Shown here: positions 1 through 10,133 of the stretch, piece by piece
Layout: the number at the start of each line of letters is the position of its first letter
How positions within the stretch are numbered: the stretch's first letter is position 1
Origin: an uncultured cyanobacterium
GTDB taxonomy: Bacteria > Cyanobacteriota > Cyanobacteriia > Cyanobacteriales > Nostocaceae
NCBI GenBank assembly: GCA_963740315.1
Contig: CAVUDP010000004.1
Location: forward strand, 864,001-928,000
DNA length: 64,000 nucleotides
Reading direction: 5' to 3'
Notes under the pieces: generated by a model
Databases searched by the model: none
Told to the model about the DNA's origin: nothing
Seen by the model: the letters and a program-made list of their open reading frames with translations, nothing else
Position numbers and translations under genes: made by a program

Positions 1-69
1 CGAGATAGCGAAAAATATATCAAAAGTAAAGAAGATAGCTAATACAACAATAAAAAAAGTTCTTTTCAT
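1..69 (-). CDS. 5' end of a gene running off the window edge; signal-peptide-like N-terminus
   Basis: ATG at 69 reads MKRTFFIVVLAIFFTFDIFFAIS (basic residues, then a hydrophobic stretch) and stays open to base 1. Confidence 0.5.
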   Translation of the reverse strand, partial: MKRTFFIVVLAIFFTFDIFFAIS

Positions 70-630
70 GAATTTAACCTTAAGTTACAGCAGATGCAGT
101 TAGTAAAATATCAGTTGCAATAATTAGAATTACGCCGATGGTTGATGTTTTTGCAGCTTCCCAATAGGAAAAGCCCTAAACCTACTTTTTACCAATATAT
201 GTTTGTGTAGGATTTGAGAGGAGGATTCTCTGTATTAAGTCACTTCCATGTCCGGGATGAGCTATGGCGGGTTTTGCACTTAACACCCATTATTAATAGT
301 TTTGCTCAAAGCCGTAAATACTTGTTTGTAGAACTTACATACTTGTAACAAAAAGTGACATAAATTTGTTAGAAGTTGTGTAAATGCTTTTTGATATTAA
401 TTAGGCAGAAATTTAAGCAAGGGTACTGTTTTTGTTAATCCAGATAAATAAAAGTTTTGCGATTACAGGTTTATCATTTCATAGATTACATAGTAAGTTA
501 ACCACTTCGCGATAAAGATTCAAGTTACTTAACAATATGAAATCTTTTGAGCTATGCGTTAAGCGAAGCTCACGCCCCGGTATCGTCCCAAAGCAGGGGG
601 AAGGTGGTAGTGCGTTTCATTAGTTCTGAT

Positions 631-691
631 AGGTTCGTAGTAAGGGCTTCAGCCCTAAATCCGGAGGGACTCAAGTCCTTACTACGAACCT
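631..691. repeat. REP/REPIN-like inverted repeat pair (GTAG type)
   Basis: aggttcgtagtaagg...ccttactacgaacct, with short hairpins inside each arm; related single copies at 30601-30625 and 38531-38554. Confidence 0.7.
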
Positions 692-970
692 TTTTACCCA
701 TCAAAACTTTTGAAAAGGACTACTAGATAAAATTTTAAAAATATTAATTTCCGACAATATACAGTTACAAAAAAAATTCTGGCTAGAAAACAACCTTTTA
801 ATAAAACTTCATTAAAAGGCTGCGACTAATATGATGATGTGGTTTAATCCCTTGCTCCACAGGGATTACAAGTCTAAATTCGGCTTTCTGGTACACCTCA
901 ACAGGAGCAGAGTTGGGAGTTAATAATTAATAATTATCTTCTCCCTTTTTCCCTTCTCCCGCTCCCCCAT

Positions 971-1939
971 TCAGGCAACACAAGCCTTAAATTCTTGCCG
1001 CAATTTCGCTTCATCAAGATTGCGTCCGATGAATACTAATTCATTTTTACGGGTTTCGTCTTTCTTCCAAGGACGATCTGGTCTACCATCTAATAACATA
1101 TGCACGCCTTGAAATACAAAGCGGTTTTCTTCTCCAGCGATGCTCAAAATTCCTTTGGTGCGGAAGATATCGGGACCTTGAGTTTGCAATAAGTTACTCA
1201 ACCACTTATCCAACTTATCACCATCAAGGGCACCTTCTTCAACCAGTGCCACAGAATAAACGCTTTCATCGTGTTCGTGAGCGTCTTCACCCAAAAATTC
1301 GGGATCGATTTCTAAAGCCCGATTCAAATCAAACGCCTTCACACCCAACAATGCATCCATTTCCAACTTCGCATCTTGGGTACGATAAATTTTTGCGATC
1401 GCGTTCATTCCCCGAATTCTATTTTCCAATTCTTCTAACTGTTCGTTCGTTACCAAATCAGTTTTATTAATCAAAATTACGTCAGCAAAAGCAATTTGTT
1501 CTTGCGCTTCATCCGCATCCCAATGTTGCCAAATATGCTTGGCATCAACTACAGTCACCACAGCATCGAGTAACAATTGTTCGCGCATATCTTCATCAAC
1601 AAAGAATGTTTGAATCACTGGCGCGGGGTCAGCCAAACCCGTAGTTTCAATGACTAAGTGGTCAAATTTGTCGCGACGTTTCATTAAATTACCGATAATC
1701 CGCATCAAGTCACCGCGAACCGTACAGCAAATACAGCCATTGTTCATCTCAAAAATTTCTTCATCCGTATCGATAACCAACTGATTATCAATACCCACTT
1801 CCCCAAACTCATTTACTATCACCGCTACCTTCTTACCATGTTCGTAAGTAAGAATGCGATTTAACAAAGTAGTTTTTCCCGCTCCTAAATACCCAGTCAA
1901 AACTGTTACTGGGATGACGCTTGTTGCTGTATTAACCAT
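971..1939 (-). CDS. COG0523/CobW-family G3E GTPase (metal chaperone)
   Basis: GYLGAGKTT Walker A, VNEFG, GCICC metal motif, ETTGLADP, NKTD, short HEHD linker, CobW C-terminal FQGV...LVFIG. Confidence 0.92.
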   Translation of the reverse strand: MVNTATSVIPVTVLTGYLGAGKTTLLNRILTYEHGKKVAVIVNEFGEVGIDNQLVIDTDEEIFEMNNGCICCTVRGDLMRIIGNLMKRRDKFDHLVIETTGLADPAPVIQTFFVDEDMREQLLLDAVVTVVDAKHIWQHWDADEAQEQIAFADVILINKTDLVTNEQLEELENRIRGMNAIAKIYRTQDAKLEMDALLGVKAFDLNRALEIDPEFLGEDAHEHDESVYSVALVEEGALDGDKLDKWLSNLLQTQGPDIFRTKGILSIAGEENRFVFQGVHMLLDGRPDRPWKKDETRKNELVFIGRNLDEAKLRQEFKACVA

Positions 1940-2203
1940 ATATATCCTAGATACTTATTTAACTATTGTTTTACAGACACAGACAAATAATATACAAAAA
2001 ATTATCGGTGTTACTCTTGATGATGTATAAAATTTGTTAATCGCACAATCAAAAGACTTTGCAACTGCAAAGTCTCTACATTAACGATTCATTTTCAAGA
2101 TTTTAATTAATAGTCGATTATCAGTGAGTTAAATCAGTACGAATCCAAAAAAATCTACCTTTTGCTAAATAAGCGATAAATCGCTGACTACGAACCTACC
2201 GAC

Positions 2204-3112
2204 TCACAGTTTTGCTAAAAAAGGTAAAATTTCCTCAGCTATATCATCTGGGTATTCTTCATGCATTCCCAAGGAACCCGGAAGCAGCACGCTCTCGACT
2301 CTGGGTAATGCTGCGATCGCTTCCATTTCCTGCCGCGATGATTTAGGGCAAGATTTACCAATCACTACCATAATTGGTACCGATAACCCCCTAACTAATC
2401 CGATTAAATCGTCTCTTCTTCTCACAAGGTCAAGATTACCAGTAACAAACGCCGCAGGAGCAAATCTTCCTCCCGATTGCTGAGTGCTTTCCCACTTATC
2501 CCCGATAAAGTTTGGAGTTAGTTTTTCAGCATCGACATAAACGTGGCGACGATACATGAATTTTAAAAATGATGGTAATGTATTCAGCTTATAAAGAATT
2601 TGACCAATAACTGGTAATCTTACAGTCTCCTTAATCAAATTCCGCACCATCCCATTTACACCCATAACAGCAAACGGACCGCGCCAAGTCGGTGCTACCA
2701 AAACTATCCGCGAAAATACGGTAGGATATTTGCTTGCTAACCATAAAACGTAAGGCGCACTATGACCCGCAGCTATTACAGCAACTGGTTTTCTTTCAAA
2801 AGCCGTTAAGACAAAATCTTCAATAAAATCTCTGTATAAAGCGGGACTATAATCTGCTTTTGGACGACCAGAATCTCCAAATCCGGGAAAATCAACCGCT
2901 ATTGCTTTATATTGCTCGGAAACTCGCTTCGCAATCCCACTCATTTCCGAACGCATAGAAACAGTGCTAAATGCGGGTAAAAGCAATACGGGAGAACCTT
3001 GACCCAAAGTTTCATAAACAATGCGAAAATCTTGGTCTTCCCTATTCCATACAAATTGTTCTACTACTCCGCCAATCCTAACAGCAGTAGAGGTTGATGA
3101 GACACTCGTCAT
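2204..3112 (-). CDS. alpha/beta hydrolase fold protein
   Basis: LLLPAF, DFPGFGDS and AAGHS motifs; C-terminal GMHEEYP. Confidence 0.8.
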   Translation of the reverse strand: MTSVSSTSTAVRIGGVVEQFVWNREDQDFRIVYETLGQGSPVLLLPAFSTVSMRSEMSGIAKRVSEQYKAIAVDFPGFGDSGRPKADYSPALYRDFIEDFVLTAFERKPVAVIAAGHSAPYVLWLASKYPTVFSRIVLVAPTWRGPFAVMGVNGMVRNLIKETVRLPVIGQILYKLNTLPSFLKFMYRRHVYVDAEKLTPNFIGDKWESTQQSGGRFAPAAFVTGNLDLVRRRDDLIGLVRGLSVPIMVVIGKSCPKSSRQEMEAIAALPRVESVLLPGSLGMHEEYPDDIAEEILPFLAKL

Positions 3113-3210
3113 TCAAATAAATCCCTGATCAATTCAAGTTTAAAGGTAATACGGTAATACGGTAATACGGCAATACGGTCTGTATCATTTATTCTACAGT
3201 TGCCTGTGGT

Positions 3211-3642
3211 TTAATTTGACACAGATTGTTGAGATTCTAATGCCTTTTTTTGCATAGTTTTAAAAATATTATAGAAACCGTTAGCGCGGGAAGGGGTTAA
3301 ACTGACATTTAAACCAGTTTCTTGAATAAAATCTGGGGTCAATTGAACAATTTCAGTAGGGGTTGACCCATTTAATCCTTCAATTAAAAGCGCTACCAAG
3401 CCTTTAGTTAATTGTGAATCCGAATCACCTTGAAAACTTATTTTTTCATCATCTAAAGAAGCCGTAATGAAAACCTGAGAAACGCAACCGGGAACCTTAT
3501 TTTCGGGTGTTTTATCAGATGCTGGAAATTCAGGAAGTTTTTGAGCGTACCAAATTAGCTGTTCGTAGCGTCGCTTTGGTTCAGAAGCACGTTTGAAGCG
3601 TTTGACAATTTTATCAAGAGCAGGTGGTAAAGAATCGTTCAT
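3211..3642 (-). CDS. sufE: SufE cysteine desulfuration protein
   Basis: ENKVPGCVSQV, GDSDS..TKGL and LTPSRANG motifs; ATG at 3642 preferred over the upstream GTG at 3657. Confidence 0.92.
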   Translation of the reverse strand: MNDSLPPALDKIVKRFKRASEPKRRYEQLIWYAQKLPEFPASDKTPENKVPGCVSQVFITASLDDEKISFQGDSDSQLTKGLVALLIEGLNGSTPTEIVQLTPDFIQETGLNVSLTPSRANGFYNIFKTMQKKALESQQSVSN

Positions 3643-3836
3643 AAGAACACATTTCACAGTCGAATTATAAAACCTATCACTTCGAGTTTAGATTATCTCA
3701 TAGCGATTAGGGCAATTATCAGCTACAGGAAGGTACGTTTGACTAAAAGCGTACTGTAAATCCAAAAAAAAAGGTAAAGATAACTAATGATGTTACTTTT
3801 ACCTTTAACTATTATCTTGTTGCTGACCAGAATTGA

Positions 3837-4199
3837 TTAAGCTCCCAACATAGGAGGCAAACCGCGTATTTGACGCATAGCATTCAAGCAAGCGGGACAA
3901 TCGCAACCAAACAAAGTGACAGCAGCATCGCTTTCCTCGTCGGTGAATTGCAATTCGGGTAATTCGTCGGGACGTAAACCTTTTTGTCCATTTACATTCG
4001 GTGCAGAATTTCTATTTAGTCGAGTGCAACCCACACTAGGAGTTGCTACAGCTACAGTAGTTTTTCGTCCGCAGGAAAATCGGCTGCGATTAGTATCAGT
4101 CTCGTTGGCGTTAGCTGGTTCGACAAAAACCGCCATTGACACGATAGACGAAAATAATATAGGGCTGGAAAGTAATGTTAGAAAGAATTTTTTGTTCAT
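3837..4199 (-). CDS. small secreted hypothetical protein with C-terminal FGCDCPAC motif
   Basis: Signal peptide ending PANA; Cys-rich C-terminus. Confidence 0.7.
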   Translation of the reverse strand: MNKKFFLTLLSSPILFSSIVSMAVFVEPANANETDTNRSRFSCGRKTTVAVATPSVGCTRLNRNSAPNVNGQKGLRPDELPELQFTDEESDAAVTLFGCDCPACLNAMRQIRGLPPMLGA

Positions 4200-4702
4200 T
4201 TATCTAAGATTTGTACCTAGCGAAGCTTTACGGCTTTAATTTTTCACGTTAATTGGTAGTTGCTCAGTAAATTTTATACAAGATTTACAGTATTTACCAA
4301 ATGATGGGAAAATAGCCGTTTGTTAATAGGGATGGACTTGGTAGACAATTGAGAGAGGGAAGACAAGCTAAAAATACGTTATAACCTTCAACCTTTTTAA
4401 GCGCATCACCCCGAATATTTTTTTACCTTTTAGCAACACAATTGGAAGTGAGAAAATACCAAGACATCGCACAACCAATGAGAAAATTAATATTATCGCA
4501 ATTTTAAGCCATCGACTGCCTTTATGTTAGTCAAGTTCCCTACAGTTACCAGTTACCAGTGACCAGTTACCAGTTACCAGTTACCAGTTAGGAATTATTT
4601 CCCCCCATCCCTCCATCTCCCCATCCCCCCATCCCCCCATCTTCCCCCCTGCGCCTACAGAGTCTACCGAAACCGCGCACAGTGCCCCTAATTTATAATT
4701 AT

Positions 4703-6035
4703 TGTCGTTCGTGTGCTACGGGAATTCATTCTCCGTGATGTTCTAAAAAGCTATAGTGTTTTTTTAGGATTTAAGTTATGATTCTTTCGGGAGGTACCTC
4801 AAAGTGTTTAATCTGACTTACGAATTCAAGTTAAAGCCAACAAAAAATCAAATAACAATTTTTGAGGAATGGCTAGAGACTCATCGTAGGGTTTACAACT
4901 ATGCTTTGTCTGAGCGCAAAGACTGGTTTAAATCTCGGTCATGTCAGATTGAATCTTGTAGTCTTCGTAGTTGTTACATCATTCCTGCTGATACCCCACG
5001 TCCAACATTCGCGAGTCAATGCAAATCTTTGACTGCTGCACGCCAAAATAACAAGTACTTAAGTAAAGTTAATGCTCAATCATTGCAGCAAACATTGAGA
5101 AGGCTTGAAAAAGCTTTTGTAAGCATGTGGGAAAGAAATCATGGATTCCCGCGATTTAAAAAAGTTGGGCGAATGCGGTCTTTCTCTTTTCCTCAGTTAG
5201 GTAAAAACCCATTGCAGAATGGATACATTAAAATACCTGTAATTGGACGAATAAAGCTTCGGCAATCTAGAGAAATACCGGATGGGGGAATTCTAAAACA
5301 GGCACGTATAGTAAAGCGTGTTTCTGGATGGTACGTAATGTTAACCGTTCAGTGGGACGTGAATCCACCGCAACCGATGCCACACGGCGAGGGGATAGGG
5401 ATTGATGTAGGTCTAACTTCAATGGTTGCAACAAGTAACGGTCTTTTAATTAAGCGTCCGAGATTTTTTGTTGACGCAGAACGCAAGCTTAAATTGCTGC
5501 AACAACGCGTTAGTAGAAAGCGTTTTGGCTCGAATAATTGGTTAAAAGCACTTCATAAGGTTGCAAAGTTACATGAATACGTTGCTAGTTGTCGTAAAGA
5601 TTGGCACTCTAAGCTATCACATCAATTATGTGACGGTGTAGGGATGATATTCGTAGAAGATTTAAACCTAGTTGGTTTATCTAGAGGAATGCTAGGAAAG
5701 CATTGCTTAGACGCTGGTTTTGGTCAGTTTTTCAGAATTTTGGAACAAGTTTGTTTTAAGCGTGGTGTTTATTTTCAAAAAGTTGATGCCAGGTATACTT
5801 CACAAATATGCCCTAGTTGCCAGCATGAGACAGGTAAAAAGATATTAGCTGAGCGTGTTCATAAATGTGACAATTGCGGCTATACAACTGATAGAGACAT
5901 TGCAGCCGCGCAAGTAGTCCGTCTTCGTGGACTTGCAGCCGCAGGACATACGGTCAAGATGCTTAGTGAGGGTAAGGTCATTGGACTCCCTGTGAACTAA
6001 GAATCCCCTTCAATAAATTGATGGGGAGTGTCAAA
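4703..6035 (+). mobile_element. IS200/IS605-superfamily solo tnpB element (IS1341-like); left boundary approximate
   Basis: tnpB ORF; left subterminal hairpin acgggaat..attctccgt at about 4718-4736; right hairpin tccccttcaat-aaa-attgatgggga followed by terminal TCAA at 6032-6035; no tnpA. Confidence 0.75.
4804..6000 (+). CDS. tnpB: RNA-guided endonuclease TnpB
   Basis: N-terminal helical region, RuvC GIDVG / FVEDL / DRDIAAA, zinc ribbon CPSC...CDNC. Confidence 0.93.
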   Translation: MFNLTYEFKLKPTKNQITIFEEWLETHRRVYNYALSERKDWFKSRSCQIESCSLRSCYIIPADTPRPTFASQCKSLTAARQNNKYLSKVNAQSLQQTLRRLEKAFVSMWERNHGFPRFKKVGRMRSFSFPQLGKNPLQNGYIKIPVIGRIKLRQSREIPDGGILKQARIVKRVSGWYVMLTVQWDVNPPQPMPHGEGIGIDVGLTSMVATSNGLLIKRPRFFVDAERKLKLLQQRVSRKRFGSNNWLKALHKVAKLHEYVASCRKDWHSKLSHQLCDGVGMIFVEDLNLVGLSRGMLGKHCLDAGFGQFFRILEQVCFKRGVYFQKVDARYTSQICPSCQHETGKKILAERVHKCDNCGYTTDRDIAAAQVVRLRGLAAAGHTVKMLSEGKVIGLPVN

Positions 6036-6063
6036 ATTCTTTTGTGGATTTAAAAGTAAAAGT

Positions 6064-6891
6064 ATGAGCAATCAAGTTATACCAGTTGTTGTTAACGGTG
6101 CTGCGGGAAAAATGGGTCGGGAGGTTATCAAAGCTGTGTCGGAAGCACCGGATATGGATTTGGTGGGCGCGATTGATACAAGTCCCGAACATCAGGATAA
6201 GGATGCGGGGGAGTTGGCTGGTTTAAGCGAACCTCTAGAAGTTCCTATTACCAACCAAATGGAAGCTATGCTGGCATTTGCCGCTCAAGAAAAGCAGCCT
6301 GGAGTTGTGGTTGATTTTACACATCCGTCTACGGTATACGACAATATTCGTAGTGCGATCGCCTATGGTGTGCGTCCTGTTGTTGGGACTACTGGGCTAA
6401 GTCCGCAGCAACTTCACGATTTAGCAGATTTTGCTGATAAAGCTTCTACTGGATGTTTGATTATTCCTAATTTCTCGATTGGGATGGTACTGCTTCAACA
6501 AGCCGCAGTTACAGCATCTAAGTATTTCGATCATGTTGAAATTATCGAACTGCATCACAACCAAAAAGCTGATGCACCTAGCGGTACCGCGATAAAAACC
6601 GCTCAAATGTTGGCAGAAATGGGTAAAACTTACAATCAAGCTATAGTAAATGAAACCGAACACATATCGGGAGCGCGAGGAAGTCAAGCTGATGAAGGAA
6701 TTAGAATTCATAGCGTTCGTTTACCAGGTTTAATTGCCCATCAAGAAGTAATTTTCGGCGCACCCGGTCAAATTTATACATTACGACACGATACCAGCGA
6801 TAGAACTTGTTATATGCCGGGAGTATTACTCGCAATTCGCAAAGTTCTTCAGCTAAAGTCGTTAGTATATGGATTAGAAAAGATTATTTAA
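6064..6891 (+). CDS. dapB: 4-hydroxy-tetrahydrodipicolinate reductase
   Basis: GAAGKMG, VDFT, GTTG and [15 protein letters not shown] motifs; the ATG at 6064 is preferred because the 6028 GTG lies inside the IS right end. Confidence 0.96.
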   Translation: MSNQVIPVVVNGAAGKMGREVIKAVSEAPDMDLVGAIDTSPEHQDKDAGELAGLSEPLEVPITNQMEAMLAFAAQEKQPGVVVDFTHPSTVYDNIRSAIAYGVRPVVGTTGLSPQQLHDLADFADKASTGCLIIPNFSIGMVLLQQAAVTASKYFDHVEIIELHHNQKADAPSGTAIKTAQMLAEMGKTYNQAIVNETEHISGARGSQADEGIRIHSVRLPGLIAHQEVIFGAPGQIYTLRHDTSDRTCYMPGVLLAIRKVLQLKSLVYGLEKII

Positions 6892-6957
6892 TTTATATTC
6901 TAAAATCTAAAATCTAAAATCCATACAAAATCCAAAATCTAAAACCCAAAATCTACA

Positions 6958-7752
6958 ATGCTTGTCCCACTGACACGCGAGAAGTTTGAGCAACTAATTC
7001 CCCTAATTGCAACTGGTTCGCAGTACAAATACTATTGGGGGAAATTTTCCGATCTTTTGCGACGACTATTAATATCCGTAGTTATTGCAGCCGTAATTCT
7101 ACTGGGAAAAGTTATTTTTAGGCTTTCTGTAGGTCCAATTATATTTTTCTTCGGACTGCTAGGCGCTTTTTACTGGTTATGGGGACCAGTATTATGGGCT
7201 AGCTTGCAAAATTTGAAATGTCGTCGTTACAAGTACGGTGGTTTTTTCCGTGGTAGAGTGCTTGACTTGTGGATTACAGAAGAGTTGCTTGGTAAACAAG
7301 AAACAGTCAATAACAAAGGTGATTTAGTAATTGTCGAAAATCGAGAAAAACGGATTAACTTAGAAGTTGGTGACGAAACTGGATTTACAGCCTTACTCAA
7401 AGCACCGTTAAAACCTTCTCACAAACTAATAAATCGCGGTCAGGTAGCAGAAATGTTGGTCATGTCCAACAGTCCCGATTTAGGCAGAATAGAACAAATA
7501 ACTGACATATATATTCCCAATCGCAATTTATGGGTAAGCGATTATCCATACTTACGCCATGAGTATTTTAACGAAGTTGGTCGCCGCATTCGCGATGATA
7601 GAGAAGAAAAACCCCGCAATCGTCGCCGTAATCGTCCACCCAGAGAAAGAAGCACAGAAGTTGAAAGATATTACGACGATCCACCCGAACCGGAACCCAG
7701 AGAAAGAGGTGGAGAAATTGAAAAATACTACGATGATCATAAATGGGAGTAG
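6958..7752 (+). CDS. conserved cyanobacterial membrane protein (2 TM helices, charged C-terminal tail)
   Basis: 264 aa ORF with two hydrophobic segments; tail has two similar EVERYYDD/EIEKYYDD units. Confidence 0.7.
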   Translation: MLVPLTREKFEQLIPLIATGSQYKYYWGKFSDLLRRLLISVVIAAVILLGKVIFRLSVGPIIFFFGLLGAFYWLWGPVLWASLQNLKCRRYKYGGFFRGRVLDLWITEELLGKQETVNNKGDLVIVENREKRINLEVGDETGFTALLKAPLKPSHKLINRGQVAEMLVMSNSPDLGRIEQITDIYIPNRNLWVSDYPYLRHEYFNEVGRRIRDDREEKPRNRRRNRPPRERSTEVERYYDDPPEPEPRERGGEIEKYYDDHKWE

Positions 7753-7815
7753 TACCACCGGAGTTAGGAGTTAGCAGTTATGAGTTATGAGTTATGAGTT
7801 AGGAGTTATAAATCA

Positions 7816-7874
7816 ACCTTTAACCTTTGACATGCAGACCTTTAACCTTTGACATGCAGACCTTTAACCTTTGA
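7816..7874. repeat. 22-bp tandem repeat built on ACCTTT(A/G) heptamers
   Basis: acctttaacctttgacatgcag occurs about 2.7 times; a related copy lies at about 60603-60637. Confidence 0.8.
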
Positions 7875-7875
7875 T

Positions 7876-8169
7876 TTATTCTAATAATTCAGCCAAATCT
7901 TCTAAAGGATATTCGGGTTCTTCGGGACAAAATTCAACACAAATTCTCACCTTTCCCTTTTTCCAACCTCTAGCACCCAATTTTAAAATTTCACAATCAA
8001 TACCTTCATCAAATAAAGATGCTTCTGGCATCTGAAAACTAATATATTTCTGTATAACTTCTAGCAATTCTAAAACTTTAAAAGTCGAAGAAATTTCCAG
8101 ATTTCCGGAATTTTCCGCGCTAACAGATATAACTTCGTTACGTTCCAATCGCTCGAACTGTTTTTCCAT
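7876..8169 (-). CDS. KGK domain protein
   Basis: EGIDCEILKLGARGWKKGKVRICVEFCPEEPE...PLEDL signature. Confidence 0.88.
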   Translation of the reverse strand: MEKQFERLERNEVISVSAENSGNLEISSTFKVLELLEVIQKYISFQMPEASLFDEGIDCEILKLGARGWKKGKVRICVEFCPEEPEYPLEDLAELLE

Positions 8170-8592
8170 GCTAATTTTTTATACTTAAATAATTCGCTTT
8201 ACCAAAATCGGGATTTTCCCTGTTTTTATAATTAATGAAACATAAACGTAGAAGTCGGTAGACGGTCATTATATATCCTAAGCAATTATTTAGTCATACC
8301 AAATTGTCTAATATTCAGATGTTATTACATTTACCTTTATCAATACTTTGCAATATCTTCAATCAAGTATGAAGGTAAGATTTTTAATAAGTATTCTGCA
8401 AATTTAACAAACTTACGTGCAAGTTAAAAAACTATCACATGATTATAGGAAAGAAATTATCTATAATTCCTATATTTATATTTATTTTATACAAATATTG
8501 TTGTGTAAATATACAAACTATCACAAGCATTTAAATATTTTTTCTATTTCCAATGATGATTGAAATAATACCTTTAATACAGATACTTCAAT

Positions 8593-9366
8593 ATGTTTTT
8601 AAAATTATTCGCCGGTAGTACTATCGGTATAATAAGTGTAACAATTTTAGCATTTACTGTATTGCAATTGTTTCAAGTTCCATCTGGTAGCTTTCTCGAT
8701 TGGGTAATTGGTGGTGCAAGTTTTTGGTGGCTTTTGGTAATTGTTACCGTACCTTGGAACGTTTATTTTAAAGCAAAAGAGGTTTTATTTGATGCAGAGA
8801 AATCCATTGGTAAAGACATTCCGGTGGATGATAAACAAATAAACTACGTCAAAGTTTTAGTAAAACGTTCTTTGATAATTGCGATTTTTTTACATATATC
8901 ATCAGCAATCGGTCTTTATACATTGGCTATAACTGGTATCAGTGCTGTTGGTTATGTTAGTTCCGGTGCAGCATTATTATTAACTGGTTTGCGTCCAGCT
9001 ATCAGTGCTTACGAATATCTATACGCACGATTAACGACAATTGGCAGAGAATTTAGATATCCTCGCGAAGATATTGTAGAGTTACGAAGTCGCTTTACCA
9101 ATGTTGAACAAACAGTTCGACGCATCGAACAACAGCTTAACCCGGATAATCCTGACTCTTTAGCAGTAAAGCAGAAAACTTATTTACAAGAAACTCGTAG
9201 AGAATTGGCTACTATTGCGGCAACTATAGAAGAATTACGAGCAACAAATAAAATCGAACACGAACGTTTATCGCAAGAATCAAAACAGGCGATCGCTCAA
9301 CTTTCCACCGACGGACAATTTTTAGAACACGTGCGCGAAATCATTCGATTTTTTAAAGCAGCGTAG
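8593..9366 (+). CDS. hypothetical membrane protein with C-terminal coiled coil
   Basis: Four hydrophobic segments followed by a heptad-rich tail. Confidence 0.7.
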   Translation: MFLKLFAGSTIGIISVTILAFTVLQLFQVPSGSFLDWVIGGASFWWLLVIVTVPWNVYFKAKEVLFDAEKSIGKDIPVDDKQINYVKVLVKRSLIIAIFLHISSAIGLYTLAITGISAVGYVSSGAALLLTGLRPAISAYEYLYARLTTIGREFRYPREDIVELRSRFTNVEQTVRRIEQQLNPDNPDSLAVKQKTYLQETRRELATIAATIEELRATNKIEHERLSQESKQAIAQLSTDGQFLEHVREIIRFFKAA

Positions 9367-9561
9367 TTTGTTGAATTTTTAAAAAATTTGTAACGAGTGT
9401 CCACAGTTTTCGATTCTACTTAAGAACCTAGCTAAAAGAAGCGATTGAGAAATAGATAGCTATTAGCGGCAAAAAATGTTATAGTAATTATGTACTAAAC
9501 GTAAAATTAAGTAAATTTCAAACTGCTCTTAATTTTTTTACCTTAAAAGCTTAAAATAATC

Positions 9562-9580
9562 GTTAACCTTTAGGGTTAAC
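9562..9580. promoter_or_regulatory. candidate HigA operator palindrome
   Basis: GTTAACC-N5-GGTTAAC, 22 bp upstream of the higB ATG; autorepression is typical of type II TA operons. Confidence 0.5.
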
Positions 9581-9602
9581 AATTTTTATAGAAGCTACTA
9601 AG

Positions 9603-10016
9603 ATGGAAATTGTGTTTGAAAATCATAAATTTGAAAAAGAGTGCAATAACCAAAAGCTTCTAGAGAAAAAACAGGGTAAAGATAGAGCAAAGCGTATTAG
9701 GCGACGGTTGGATGATTTACGTGCTGCTACTGTTCTTGAAGAGATGCGAAATATTCCAGGAAGGTGCCACGAATTGAGTCAAAACCGTTCGAGTCAATTA
9801 TCACTCGATTTAGATCATCCCTATCGGCTAATATTTGAGCCAGCAGATGAACCAATTCCGATTAAAGAAGATGGTGGCATTGATTGGAAAAAAATAACTG
9901 CCGTTAGAATATTGGGCGTAGAGCTACGACCTAGTAGGCAATTATATAGACAAGTCTATACATATATGTACAAGCATAAACATATAGAATATGGGAGCTT
10001 GTTTACAACTGATTAA
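9603..10016 (+). CDS. higB: HigB/RelE-family toxin; native last 4 codons (DTHE*) displaced to 16298-16312 by an IS insertion
   Basis: RRRLDDLRAA, PGRCHELSQNR..QLSLDLDHPYRLIFEP motifs; after ...ILGVE (9923) the ORF reads 30 codons into the IS; joining 9923 to 16298 restores ILGVEDTHE* overlapping the higA ATG. Confidence 0.85.
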   Translation: MEIVFENHKFEKECNNQKLLEKKQGKDRAKRIRRRLDDLRAATVLEEMRNIPGRCHELSQNRSSQLSLDLDHPYRLIFEPADEPIPIKEDGGIDWKKITAVRILGVELRPSRQLYRQVYTYMYKHKHIEYGSLFTTD

Positions 10017-10133
10017 ACTAGTAAATAAAATTAACATAAACAGCCTTTACAATTATATGAGCGTATCTTTATCATTCATATAATAAATAAGTTTCGTTTA
10101 TGGTCTTGAATTTAATTAAAGCTGCGTGCCACG

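Noticed and set aside
795..905. tRNA or known sRNA
   Set aside because: Two hairpins are present but no cloverleaf or T-loop, and no family I recognise
2080..2125. Zur box upstream of the COG0523 gene
   Set aside because: Only half-site matches to TGATAATnATTATCA in AT-rich DNA
9924..10133. IStron (group I intron at the IS left end)
   Set aside because: Only about 210 nt of AT-rich DNA precedes tnpB, with no recognisable group I core, and the 5' exon ends in G rather than U
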